Source: Chloroflexota bacterium
Lineage (GTDB): Bacteria > Chloroflexota > Dehalococcoidia > Lucifugimonadales > UBA3495
DNA: 64,000 nucleotides
Assembly (NCBI GenBank): GCA_027623675.1
Contig: JAQBVF010000008.1
Coordinates: 1 to 64,000, forward strand
Reading direction: 5' to 3'
Positions 19,818 to 29,940 of this stretch are shown here, one piece after another. The position numbers and the translations under genes are program-made. Numbering within the stretch: the first letter of the stretch is position 1; every line of letters starts with the position of its first letter. The notes beneath the pieces are model-generated. The model ran no database searches, was not told the origin of the DNA, and saw only the letters and a list, made by a program, of their open reading frames with translations.

Positions 19818-20098
19818 ACACTAGAAGCGCCGGACCCTCCGGCCCATGGTATGGGTCCAACCTGATTATGCTATCAAACACGGCTGGGGTTGTAAATCGC
19901 AACCGACCGCCAAACACCGGGCCATTCCGGGGCGTTCCCGCCTTTGAAGACCCTCGACTGGACCGGTATCAGCAGGCATCCCCCGAGTTTACCCAGCATC
20001 CACGGGTGACCCGGAAAGGACCCGGCCGGTCCGGGAATGAAAAAACCGGCCCGAAAGAGTCGAGCCGGTTTCCGTTGCCGTTAGTCACCGCGCAGCGG

Positions 20099-20668
20099 CT
20101 AGTTTGCGACAAAGTCACCGAACATGGTGAAGTTGTGGCCGGGGAAGGTGCAAACGAACTGGTAGGTGCCCGACGCAGGGGCGGTGAAAGTCACCTCGCC
20201 GCTTGCGCCCGGGCCAACCAACACCGTCGCCGCGATCACCCTGGGATCGTCAACCGGCAGCCAGTTATTGGCCGGGCCGGCGCCCGTTCCATCAGAGGAA
20301 ACGGCGTCCTTGGTGCCCGCCTCGACCAATGCCCAGTTATGTGTGTTGACGCTGGAGGAGTTGGTGAATTTCACTGTCACTTCGGCGCCCGCGGAGGCGG
20401 ACATGCTGCCCAAGTCGAACTGTAGAGCGTCACCGTTGACATCAATGTCCAAGACCGCCGCTCCGCTGCCGGTAGGCGCAGGGGCGCTGGTGGCGGGGAT
20501 CGCCGTCGGCGCGGCGGTGGGCTCAGCGGTCCGGTCTTGGGCCGGCACCGTGTTGGGCGGAGCCGTGGTTGCCGTGGCGTTGGGGTCTGCTTCGTCACTG
20601 CCGCAGGCGATGGCCAGAAGCATTACAGCGCTCAAGACTGCAAATAAAATTACGAGTGGCTTTCTCAC
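20099..20668 (-). CDS. Blue copper lipoprotein, auracyanin/azurin-like
   Basis: Lipobox LAIAC, P/T/A-rich linker, THNW and CTFPGHNFTM type-1 copper ligands; SD GGAGG before GTG 20668. Confidence 0.9.
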   Translation of the reverse strand: MRKPLVILFAVLSAVMLLAIACGSDEADPNATATTAPPNTVPAQDRTAEPTAAPTAIPATSAPAPTGSGAAVLDIDVNGDALQFDLGSMSASAGAEVTVKFTNSSSVNTHNWALVEAGTKDAVSSDGTGAGPANNWLPVDDPRVIAATVLVGPGASGEVTFTAPASGTYQFVCTFPGHNFTMFGDFVAN

Positions 20669-20699
20669 CGATTTCCTCCATTTTTCCTGAGTGATAACA

Positions 20700-20734
20700 T
20701 TGTTATTTTTATCACAAGCCATGGGCAGTGTCAA
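20700..20734 (-). promoter_or_regulatory. Sigma70-type promoter overlapped by a Rex/CRP-like operator
   Basis: TTGACA-17-TAAAAA; TTGTGATAAAAATAACAA at 20700-20717 covers the -10. Confidence 0.6.
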
Positions 20735-20912
20735 CGAGTAGAGCCTCGGTAGAACAACCGATTCACGCCTGAAAACCGTGCTTTAGACCCTGGCCGGTGA
20801 CCGTTTGGTTGGGCTATCATGGCTCCGTGATTCCCACCGTCGCCCATTCTACGAGACCGGCCAGGCCGTCGGATCTCCAAGGCTTTCAAGAAACGGCCGG
20901 CCAGGAGAACAA

Positions 20913-21917
20913 TTGGACATAGGCAAGTTCCCTCATTCATTGCTAGAGAAGCTGCTGCAAAAGACCGGCCCGCCCGGCCATGGAGTGGTCGTCGGACCCG
21001 GATTGGGCCAGGACGCCGCCGTGTTGGACCTGGGCGGGACGCTGCTGGTAGCCTCCAGCGACCCCGTAACCTTCGCCACCGACCGCATCGGCTGGTATGC
21101 CGTGCAGGTCAACGCCAATGATATCGCCTGCACCGGGGGCGTTCCCCGTTGGTTCCTGGCCACGCTGCTGGTGCCGGAGAGTTTCACCGAGATTCAGGCT
21201 GAAGAGTTGTTCTCCCAGGTGTCAAATGCCTGTGATGCATTGGATGTCGCCCTGGTGGGCGGCCACAGCGAGGTGACCTACGGTATCGACCGGCCCATCG
21301 TGTCTGGGACCATGTTGGGCGAGGTGCGGCGGGACCGCCTGGTCCAGACCAGCGGCGCTCAGGAAGGCGACAGCATCGTGGTTACGAAAGGGATCGCCAT
21401 CGAGGGCACAGCGCTTCTGGCTTCAGAGCGTGCCGATGACCTGAGAAAGGCGGGCGTACCGGACGACACAATTACGCAGTGCGTAGAATTCCTCGATGAT
21501 TCGGGTATCAGTGTAGTGATTGACGCTCAGATCGCCTGCGCTACTACACAGATACATTCCATGCACGATGTGACCGAAGGCGGTCTGGCCACCGGACTCC
21601 GCGAGGTTGCCGCCGCGTCGGGGCTGGGGTTGGCCATCGAAGACGGCAGCGTACCGGTGCTGCCGGGCACCAGCGAGGTTTGCCAGGCCCTGGGCCTTGA
21701 CCCCTTGGGACTGCTGTCGTCGGGCGCGCTTCTGATTACACTTTCACCCGAAAACGTTCCTCTTTTACTGAATCAACTGGAGAAAAGCGGCATAGATGGC
21801 TGGGAGATCGGCCGGATGATGCCGCCTGAAGAAGGACTGATCTCCATCGGACGCGAGGGTGAGGTTGAACTCCCCCAGTTCGGCCGCGACGAACTGGCCC
21901 GTTATTTCAGTCTTTAG
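20913..21917 (+). CDS. AIR synthase-related (PurM/HypE/ThiL fold) protein
   Basis: GQDAA, DPVT, NANDIA, GGHSE, MHDVTEGG; SD AGGAG before TTG 20913. Confidence 0.88.
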   Translation: MDIGKFPHSLLEKLLQKTGPPGHGVVVGPGLGQDAAVLDLGGTLLVASSDPVTFATDRIGWYAVQVNANDIACTGGVPRWFLATLLVPESFTEIQAEELFSQVSNACDALDVALVGGHSEVTYGIDRPIVSGTMLGEVRRDRLVQTSGAQEGDSIVVTKGIAIEGTALLASERADDLRKAGVPDDTITQCVEFLDDSGISVVIDAQIACATTQIHSMHDVTEGGLATGLREVAAASGLGLAIEDGSVPVLPGTSEVCQALGLDPLGLLSSGALLITLSPENVPLLLNQLEKSGIDGWEIGRMMPPEEGLISIGREGEVELPQFGRDELARYFSL

Positions 21918-21999
21918 AGGCTTCTTGGCTCAGGGCCAGGCATCCGAGTCTCGGATATGGAATGGGGAACCGGACAGAGCAGGCGGCCCCTAGCGTCGA

Positions 22000-22653
22000 T
22001 CAAGCGGTCAACTCTTTTATGGCGTCCGCCGCACGCTGCTGGGCCGGCACCGTTAGAGACCATTCGTTGCCTTGGGCGATGAACATGTCCCGCTGCTTCT
22101 TCATATGTGAGGCGAAGTTTGGGGCGTCGTAGGCGCCATACTCCCGGCAGACCTCAATGAGCCGCTCTTTGGAGAACAATGGCTGACCGCCGGCCAGCAG
22201 TTCCCCCACGCCAAGCAACAACGCCAGTTTTACCTGCTTCTTGGAGTTGGTCTTTTCCTTGAGGTCTTTGACGATAATACGATATGAGTCGCCGTCCAAA
22301 TGATAGACCCTTGAGATGGCTGCTTCGGGTATTTGATGCTGGTCTAAAAATATGGGACCCCGCTCGCCAGACCGCCTCGACCCAGCGAGGTTGCCACCGG
22401 AATGGGCGCCGTTGGCCGGGGAGCCAGGGGAGTCACCGTTGCGGCCACCGAAGAGACGGCCATTTCCGCCAGCCCAGCGCATGTCAGTTTCGGCCTGGGG
22501 TGACTGTCCGGGTTGGGCAGCATCCATCGGCACGGAATCCGACTGGGCAAGAACGCGAATCAGCGCCTGGAAACAGGGAATCTGGTACTTCTCCGGGCAT
22601 CGTTCCGCCAGCCTTACGGCTTCGTCCAGATGCTCCGCCACGTTCTCGAACAC
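22000..22653 (-). CDS. Hypothetical protein, possible C-terminal winged helix
   Basis: 217-aa ORF with SD GGAGG; helical N-terminus, Gly-rich linker, folded C-terminus. Confidence 0.7.
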   Translation of the reverse strand: MFENVAEHLDEAVRLAERCPEKYQIPCFQALIRVLAQSDSVPMDAAQPGQSPQAETDMRWAGGNGRLFGGRNGDSPGSPANGAHSGGNLAGSRRSGERGPIFLDQHQIPEAAISRVYHLDGDSYRIIVKDLKEKTNSKKQVKLALLLGVGELLAGGQPLFSKERLIEVCREYGAYDAPNFASHMKKQRDMFIAQGNEWSLTVPAQQRAADAIKELTA

Positions 22654-22870
22654 GGCCCGCCTCCATCAAATCAGTGCCAACCAAACCGGCGCCCAACGAT
22701 TCGGCGGCGCCGCCACTGGTCGTTCAGTATATCGCCGTGAATACGCCGCATCAATTATTAATGGACCGGCCTATGTTCATAATTACGTGGCAGACCGGTT
22801 GGCCGTCGAGTCACATCAAGCGTGCTCGACGGTACATCTGGTTCAGACGGGCCGGCCCGAGGGCCGCGGG

Positions 22871-23836
22871 TCAGCTCTGGTAGATGTGCAGAGACTTCCG
22901 GAGTTGGTCGACGGTGATATTGCCGCCGCTTACGGTGATTGCTACCTTTTTGCCCTTTACCTTTTCCGGGTGCTTGATAGCCCCTGCCAGCGCAGTGGCG
23001 CCAGCTCCTTCCGCCATGGTGTGGGCTTTGTCCACCAGCGTGCCGATGGCCCGATGGATATCCTCGTCGCTGACCATCAGGAAGTCGTCCAGCAGGTCAC
23101 GGATGATCGTCTGGGGCAACTCGTAGCCCGACCTGGTAGCCACCCCTTCGGCGAAGGTGTTCATCTTGGCTTCAACCATCTTGCCCTGCTTCCAAGACAG
23201 GTAGCCGGCGGGCGCTTCTTCCGACTGCACGGCCAACACTTCAATGGAAGGGTCGATGCCCTTGGCGACGATGCAGGCGCCGGACACGCCGGAACCTCCG
23301 CCAAATGGCAGCATCAGCACCTCCACGTCGGGCAGGTCTTCGATGGTCTCAAGCGCCTGGGTCGCGACGCCGGCGATGAGCAGGGCGTCATTGACCGGGT
23401 GCACGAAACGGCAGCCCTCCTCCAAGGCAAGGCGCTCGCAGTGGTCCTTGGCCGCATCGAAGTCGGCGCCGTGAAAGAGGATCTCGGCGCCCAAGGCTCT
23501 CATGGCCGCGACCTTATTGGGGTTGGCGTTCTCCGGCAGCCCGATGATGACCTTGACGCCGAACGTCCTGCAGGCGCTGGCCATGGACTGACCGTGGTTG
23601 CCCGAAGATGCGGTGATGAGACCCCGCCGCTTCTCTTCCTCAGTCAGGTTGGCCAACAGGTTGATGCCGCCCCGGGCCTTGAAGGCGCCCAATGGCAGGT
23701 ACTCATCGTGCTTCAAGTACACCTCTGCACTTAGGAGCTCGCTCAGTCCGGCAGAATAGTGTATCGGGGTGCGAGGAATATGGGGAGCGATGGTCTTCTT
23801 CGCCCGGTAAACATCTCTAAGCGTGGGGGCCTGCAT
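22871..23836 (-). CDS. PLP-dependent threonine/serine dehydratase
   Basis: GAFKARG, ASSGNHG, PFGGGSG, EGAGA, SGGN. Confidence 0.92.
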   Translation of the reverse strand: MQAPTLRDVYRAKKTIAPHIPRTPIHYSAGLSELLSAEVYLKHDEYLPLGAFKARGGINLLANLTEEEKRRGLITASSGNHGQSMASACRTFGVKVIIGLPENANPNKVAAMRALGAEILFHGADFDAAKDHCERLALEEGCRFVHPVNDALLIAGVATQALETIEDLPDVEVLMLPFGGGSGVSGACIVAKGIDPSIEVLAVQSEEAPAGYLSWKQGKMVEAKMNTFAEGVATRSGYELPQTIIRDLLDDFLMVSDEDIHRAIGTLVDKAHTMAEGAGATALAGAIKHPEKVKGKKVAITVSGGNITVDQLRKSLHIYQS

Positions 23837-23980
23837 ATCGGTCCACCTTGTTTGTATGATTCCACCTTGGGAGGTTGGCCTGGGCGTCTCATAATTATGT
23901 CTACCCCGATGACTCCATCCAGCATATGGACCACCCCTGGCACTGTCAACGAGCCGCTATGGAACGCCGGGCCTGCTGCG

Positions 23981-24619
23981 CTAGCCTCGAGTTTCGGCCC
24001 GGATGGCCTTGATCCGATGGTAGATGAACCAGATGACCACCGCCGCGATGATTCCGGCGATGGGGAAGTCGAAGGGCCGCATGACCCGTCGCATGTCCTC
24101 CCAGTTCTCGCCCAGCTTGAAACCGCCGTAAGCCAGGCCCAGGCTCCAGGGATAGGACCCCACGAACGTGTAAAAGCTGAATTTCCAGAAATTCATGCGG
24201 GCGATCCCCGCCGGCACGCTGATAAAGGTGCGGACCACCGGCAGCAAGCGCGATCCAAAGACCGCCAGTTCCCCATACCTCTTGAACCAATCTTCAGCGA
24301 GATCTACGTCGCGCTGGGTAACCAACAGATATCGGCCGTACTTCTTTAATAGAGGACGCCCACCCTTCAAGCTGATCCAGTAGGCGACCCAGGACCCAAT
24401 GAGGTTGCCGAGCGCACCGTAAAAAGCCGCCATCCACAACATCCATGCCGAGTCGCCTTTAGCCTCGATCAGCAACCAACCGGCCAGCGGCATGATCAGT
24501 TCGCTGGGGAATGGGATGGCCGCGCTCTCGATCGCCATGAGAAAGACCACTCCCGGCCAGCCCATGGCGTCGTAGACGTCGGTAATCAGTTCCAAGAACC
24601 ATGTCTCGATGCCCAACAT
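23981..24619 (-). CDS. DedA family membrane protein
   Basis: ESAAIPFPSE, RLLPVVRTFISVPAG. Confidence 0.93.
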   Translation of the reverse strand: MLGIETWFLELITDVYDAMGWPGVVFLMAIESAAIPFPSELIMPLAGWLLIEAKGDSAWMLWMAAFYGALGNLIGSWVAYWISLKGGRPLLKKYGRYLLVTQRDVDLAEDWFKRYGELAVFGSRLLPVVRTFISVPAGIARMNFWKFSFYTFVGSYPWSLGLAYGGFKLGENWEDMRRVMRPFDFPIAGIIAAVVIWFIYHRIKAIRAETRG

Positions 24620-24905
24620 ATCAGGAATTACCTTTGGAAAACCGGACGCAACCCCGGCTAGACGCCAGATTAAGATAGTGCCGAGTTGAATATTACCGTT
24701 CGTGGGCGGGCCGCGACACCGGTTCTCGGCACTGAGATAGGCAGTTTTTATCCCACCTGGCCTTAAACCCACCAGGTCTTAACCCAGAAATACGGTGGTT
24801 GAATGACCGGCTTATGAACCCGGCCTGTTAAACTGATGGTGGCTGCCACCAATTTAATGTTCTAATCATTTCTTAAATTAATTTAAAAGAATACTTAAAA
24901 AGTTA

Positions 24906-24934
24906 TTGACGTTGGGCTAAACCGGTGCTATTCT
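24906..24934 (+). promoter_or_regulatory. Sigma70-type promoter with AT-rich upstream palindrome
   Basis: TTGACG-17-TATTCT with TG extension; ttaaattaatttaa palindrome at 24873-24886. Confidence 0.7.
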
Positions 24935-25002
24935 ATTATCAGCCCGATGGCCCGGGCAGCAGTATAAACCAGCATTAATCAACCGTTATACGGAGGGACA
25001 CT

Positions 25003-25227
25003 ATGGCTAGGAAGACAAAACTGATGCAGCGTGTCGAGAAGGAGCACCAACGCCCCTTGGAACGCCTGTTGCCCGAGAAAGTAAATGAGATTGGCCTCTC
25101 GGCAACGGCCGAGGAACTGGGCGTCAGCAAAGCGACTCTCGGCTACTGGCTGCTCAAGCTGGGTATAAATGTACGCCGTGTAGCCCTTGCTCCCGGTGAG
25201 ACCCTGGAAGTTAAGCGGATCAGCTAA
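25003..25227 (+). CDS. Small basic helix-turn-helix protein, 74 aa
   Basis: LSATAEELGVSKATLGYWL HTH; SD GGAGG; own promoter and terminator. Confidence 0.8.
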   Translation: MARKTKLMQRVEKEHQRPLERLLPEKVNEIGLSATAEELGVSKATLGYWLLKLGINVRRVALAPGETLEVKRIS

Positions 25228-25266
25228 CACCGGCCCGTATATCCCGGCCCCAAAAGCGCCCGAAAG

Positions 25267-25305
25267 AAAAAGCCCCATCCTTCGGAGGAAGGATGGGGCT
25301 TTTTT
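25267..25305. terminator. Bidirectional intrinsic terminator
   Basis: aaaaagccccatccttc-ggag-gaaggatggggctttttt. Confidence 0.9.
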
Positions 25306-25477
25306 ATTCTTTAGACACGGGTGGAGACACGGGTGGGCTGACGGAGCCATTCTCTGAAAGATCCGAGACCCTCCCTGGAATTTCCGACTTCCTCTCGTCC
25401 GTTTTAAGGCCCTTGTTTGTCCTCCACCCGTCCTCGTAGCCGCTAGAGCTCCAAATCCACGCCCTTTTTCTGGTTCC

Positions 25478-26584
25478 CTACCCCTGGAAGATGTCCTCAG
25501 GCAGGAAAGCCGAGACCGTGACGTTGGGCAGGTCCACCACGTTGCTGATCTTGAGGTCCACCGCCACGCTGCAGATCACGTAGGCCTGCTCCTTGGTCCA
25601 CCCTCTTTCTTGCAGCAGGGCAATCATGTTGATCAGGGCGTTTCGGGCCGCCAGCGTCAGGTCCTCGCCCTCCTGGGTGCCGTCATCCCGTATGGGCATC
25701 CCCATGGTGGCGATGAAGTTCCGGGGCGCGGCCCATTCCGGCGCGATGAAATAGCCGGGGTGGGCGAACCGGGGAAAGGTTATGTTGTTCCGGGCGGCCT
25801 CTCCCTTTTGCAGATGGAACCTGACCACGGCGGTAGCCCCCATCTCGATCGCTGTGATGCAGCATTCGGAGTCGCCCTGGGCGAAATGGCCGTCGCCGGC
25901 GGAGTAGAGTCCCCCCGGCACATTCACCGGTATCAGCAACCGGGACCCCTTGGTGAGCTGTTTGGCATCCACGTTGCCGCAGTTCTCGCGGGGCGGGATG
26001 GTGCGGAGTCCCTCGGCGGCGATCGTCCCTGTGGGCACCGCGTCTTCGGCATCGGGCGGGAACGCCACACCGCCGCGCCGCACCAGGTCGGCCTCGCGCG
26101 CGGTCCACGCTTCCAATTGGGCTCGAGATGGCGCGATCCCCGCCGTGCCCATGAATGAGCCATTGGGAATCCTGACACCCGGCAGGTCCTTGGACGTTGC
26201 CCAGCCGTCTTGCATCTCCCAATGGACCACGAAGGGATCGGGGAACAGGTCGCGGAGGAATCCGGCGCCGGGACGGTTGCGGGTCCAGCCGTAGGACTGG
26301 GGGATGATGTCCACGTACTCGATCTCCAGCAGGTCGCCCGGCTCGGCTCCCTTTATGTAAACCGGGCCGGTCAGCGGGTGTCCCACCTTGCCCGCGAACC
26401 CGGGGAAGTCGTCCACCGTGACGCTGGCGTTCATCTGCCCGTCGGACGCGTCCCGGGTCTCCAGCGACACCTCTTCACCGGGGTCGACCTCCAAGATGGG
26501 CGTGATGTCGGGGTGCCACCGGTTGTGACCCTTGCCCGGATCGTCCTTCAGCCTCTTGCTCCGGTCTATCTCGATGCTCTTCAT
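25478..26584 (-). CDS. Acetamidase/formamidase family protein
   Basis: HNRWHPDI, HPLTGP, GNVD, GDGHFAQGDSE, AIE; SD AGGAG. Confidence 0.93.
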   Translation of the reverse strand: MKSIEIDRSKRLKDDPGKGHNRWHPDITPILEVDPGEEVSLETRDASDGQMNASVTVDDFPGFAGKVGHPLTGPVYIKGAEPGDLLEIEYVDIIPQSYGWTRNRPGAGFLRDLFPDPFVVHWEMQDGWATSKDLPGVRIPNGSFMGTAGIAPSRAQLEAWTAREADLVRRGGVAFPPDAEDAVPTGTIAAEGLRTIPPRENCGNVDAKQLTKGSRLLIPVNVPGGLYSAGDGHFAQGDSECCITAIEMGATAVVRFHLQKGEAARNNITFPRFAHPGYFIAPEWAAPRNFIATMGMPIRDDGTQEGEDLTLAARNALINMIALLQERGWTKEQAYVICSVAVDLKISNVVDLPNVTVSAFLPEDIFQG

Positions 26585-26607
26585 GGCGCTCCTAGGTGGA
26601 CTTGGAA

Positions 26608-28197
26608 TCAAAAGGGCAAATCATCAACGTACGTACCGTCATCCAACCCAAGTGTACCGTCTGCCGATTCAAGTTGATATTTATCTGCCAGTTCGTCAAG
26701 GTGCGGCATTGAATCGTCACTATACGAGACGTCTCGGAAATCCGGATACCGTTCATATATTTCCCCAAGTGCATTCTGGGTATCTGAAACGAAATCAGTT
26801 TGTCCATCGACTATCAAAGATCCTGCGGCAATTCTTTTCAAGATGTCGGCCGTATAAAAAAGGTCATAGTCGAAGCCTACGCTACTGTGGCCTTCCAATT
26901 CTATCGACGCTGTTCGAATCAATAATTGTGCGAATTCCTGATCAATCTGTGACTCCCAAACCCTTTCCCAGTCAATATAATTGCTGCGAAGCAAATCTCT
27001 ACCGGTTTCTTTCGTCAATCCATATATGATTCCGCAATTAGGCCCTTTTAGTGTCGGGTATTTGCCGTGAATAGCGATTGATGCTGAAATCGCCGGTGCA
27101 AGAGCCCCAGAAATTGACAGGTTCTTGAGAAACAGATTCGATACCCGATCTCTAAACTCTGGTGGGATTCTCATTCGGCTAATTGATGTCAATTCTCGAA
27201 ACAACGGAGAATCTGAGGCCGAGCGAAATATCCTCGGATTCCTAGAAGATTTTCGTTGAGATATGTGAGCAGCTAACGCAGCCTCGGCCTTACGAATCGC
27301 AGTTTCAGATGAGAACGGAGGGAATTCGGAATTCGGAATTCGTGGGTTGGAAACGATGGTGGAAAGCTCGGAAAGAAACTCCGACATGAGCGCCGATTTT
27401 TCCTCGCTAGTCGTTGCTTTTCCATCAGGGTCCAAAACTATTGCCGTGATTCCTACATCTTTGTACAGCACCTCTAAAACAGGATTCCGCTCGAAGGTCA
27501 CCACATACGATGTCGGCCGATCCTCACGCGGAACATCACGCATCATTTGGTTAAGCTTGAACCAGATTACTCGGATGTTGATGTCGCTAAAGCTATAACC
27601 TATGAACAAAACAGCCCGGCCTAATAAATCTGCCCTAAATTTCAAGTCCATCGGTGACTCAAGGTCGAGTCTGGTGTAGTAACTTGACTCGGTTAAAACG
27701 AGAGTCTCTTCATATTGAAGGTCTCCATGATATTTGACGACCTGCGGAACGGTACCCACACTGGTGGCCACGTCCCTCGGCAACACGATTTTCTCGAACT
27801 TAACACCGAGACGCTGAAACGCTTTTTCGATTAAATCATCGTAGTTTGTGGTATATATTCGCGGCGCGCCTAAGTTCACCAAATCAACATGGTGACCCGA
27901 GTCCATCGGGTTTATCTGCGACGTATTCAGCTTCTCGGAGATCCGGTAAGAAATCGGGCCGATATGATGACCTTTCATCAAATAATAATACTCAGCTATC
28001 CGAAGATTGTCGCCTCCTGCGTAATTGACTACATCATCGAAGGACAAGCCATCGTTCTCGCCTTCCGCTAATTCGAGTAACAATTGTTACCAATCTGGCA
28101 GATCAAATACTGCCGAAAACCCTGCCCCTACAAACGGGATAACTCTTCCGTCACGGAATAAAGTAACCAGTTCCTGTGGAATGACATATTCTGGCAT
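26608..28197 (-). pseudogene. SIR2-family (SIR2_2) protein with an in-frame TAA at codon 37
   Basis: ATG 28197 reads MPEYVIP..IPFVGAGFSAVFDLPDW*QLLLEL, then TTNYDD, KYHGD, LFIGYSFSD; stop at 28087-28089; visibly lower GC. Confidence 0.85.
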
Positions 28198-28254
28198 CTG
28201 GCCTTCCTTTTCTTAATCCGGTATTCGGCTTAACCTGTATAGACATCTAATGCT

Positions 28255-29940
28255 CTAGATCGACCAGTCGTCGGGCATGCTGGGCGTGGCCATGGGTTTG
28301 ATCATCACTTCGATCAGGGCGGCCTGGCCTCCCTCGGTGGCGGCGATGCCACGTTGCAGGGCCGGTCCGATCTCCGCCGGGTCTTCAACCCGCTCCGCGT
28401 AGGCGCCCAAGCCCTTGGCGACCATCGTCCAGTCCCCGGTGAGTTTGGCCATGTCCGGCGGCGGACCGGCGGGACGGTCCATGCCCATCAGGCCTCCGCC
28501 GGTGCCTTCATTATTGACCAAGATAGTCAGTGTCGGCAGCCCCATGCGCACGGCGGTTTCCAGTTCCATTCCGACCATGCCGAAAGATGCATCGCCCAGC
28601 AGGTGAACAACCAGGTTGTCGGGGCGGCCCAGTTTGGCGCCGATGGCCCCGCCCAGCGACCAGCCCATGGCGGCCATGCCCCCCATGCCCACGTAGCTGC
28701 GGGGTTTGGTGGCGGTCCAGAAAGGAGACATATAGCCTCGGCTGCCGCCGGCGTCATGCAGTGCGATGGTCCGGTCCGGGTCGATGATCTTGGCCAACTC
28801 ATTAACCACGCGGTAGCCGTTGGTGGGGGTGGTCATATCGTTGACCACCGGCTCCCACTCGCTGGCCTGCTTGTCCTTGGCCTGCTTGATCTCGGCAACA
28901 ACTTCCTCTTTGAGACCGCCGCGGCCCGGCCCGACCCGTTCCTTCACGGCATCCAAGATCGCCCGAAGCGCCAGTTTGGCATCGGCCAGTATGGGCACAT
29001 CGGCCTGGTATTGCTTGTTCAGATCGTGTTCGTCGGCATTCACATGGATCAGGCTCACACCCTCGGGGATGGGCCGGCCATCGGTGCCGTTGGGCAGCCG
29101 GTAGGAGTTGCCCACCGCCAGCACCACGTCGGCCTTCCGGTTCATGTGCAGCGAGGCTCCGCTGGCGTAGCGGCTCCGGGGGTAGCAGCCCATGCCCATG
29201 GACAGGGGATGGTCCTCGGGGAAAACGCCCTTGGCCACCAGGGTGGTCGCCACCGGCATGGACAGCAATTCGGCCAGTTCTTTGGCCTCGTCCCAGGCCT
29301 CGGCCGACAGCACGCCGCCGCCCAGGTTCAAAACGGGCATCTTGGCGTTGACCAGCAGGTCGGCGGCCCTGGCCACCTCATCGGCATTGGGAGCCGACTT
29401 CCGCCCGGGACCGACCGGCTCGTACTCCAGCGAACCGTCGGGCACTTCGGTCATCAACACGTCCTGAGGCATCTCCAGCACCACCGGCCCGGGCGACCCG
29501 GAACGCAGGGCGGTGAAGGCACGGCGGATGACCGACGGGATGTCTTCCACCTTGGTAAAAGTGCCCCGCCATTTGACCAGAGTATCGAAGATGCTGGCCG
29601 ATACTTCTTGCTGCACCTCTTTGCCCAGGTCGGACAGAGGGTGCTGTCCCATCAGTAACAGCACCGGTATGTTGTCGGCGTAGGCCCCGGCGATCCCGGT
29701 CAGGGCGTTGGTGGCGCCGGGTCCGGTGCCGGTCATCGCCACGCCCACCTTGCCGGTTGCGCGGGCATAACCGTCGGCGATCTCCACACCCAGGCGCTCG
29801 TTGCGGGCGGCGAAAACCTTGATGGTCTCGGAGTTTCTCAGGCCGGTCCAAAGGGGCGCTAGGCCGCCGCCCTGGAACCCGGCGATGTACTCAACTCCTT
29901 CTTTCTCCAGGGCGCGAACTATCGCATCAGCAGCACGCAT
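28255..29940 (-). CDS. ThDP-dependent enzyme, acetolactate synthase-like, paralog 1
   Basis: RNE, GPGATN, GDASFGM..NN. Confidence 0.92.
   Translation of the reverse strand: MRAADAIVRALEKEGVEYIAGFQGGGLAPLWTGLRNSETIKVFAARNERLGVEIADGYARATGKVGVAMTGTGPGATNALTGIAGAYADNIPVLLLMGQHPLSDLGKEVQQEVSASIFDTLVKWRGTFTKVEDIPSVIRRAFTALRSGSPGPVVLEMPQDVLMTEVPDGSLEYEPVGPGRKSAPNADEVARAADLLVNAKMPVLNLGGGVLSAEAWDEAKELAELLSMPVATTLVAKGVFPEDHPLSMGMGCYPRSRYASGASLHMNRKADVVLAVGNSYRLPNGTDGRPIPEGVSLIHVNADEHDLNKQYQADVPILADAKLALRAILDAVKERVGPGRGGLKEEVVAEIKQAKDKQASEWEPVVNDMTTPTNGYRVVNELAKIIDPDRTIALHDAGGSRGYMSPFWTATKPRSYVGMGGMAAMGWSLGGAIGAKLGRPDNLVVHLLGDASFGMVGMELETAVRMGLPTLTILVNNEGTGGGLMGMDRPAGPPPDMAKLTGDWTMVAKGLGAYAERVEDPAEIGPALQRGIAATEGGQAALIEVMIKPMATPSMPDDWSI

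Noticed and set aside
20913..21917. AIR synthase-fold gene as selD, given the tRNA-Sec
   Set aside because: Lacks the N-terminal Cys/Sec-x-x-Lys motif of selenophosphate synthetase
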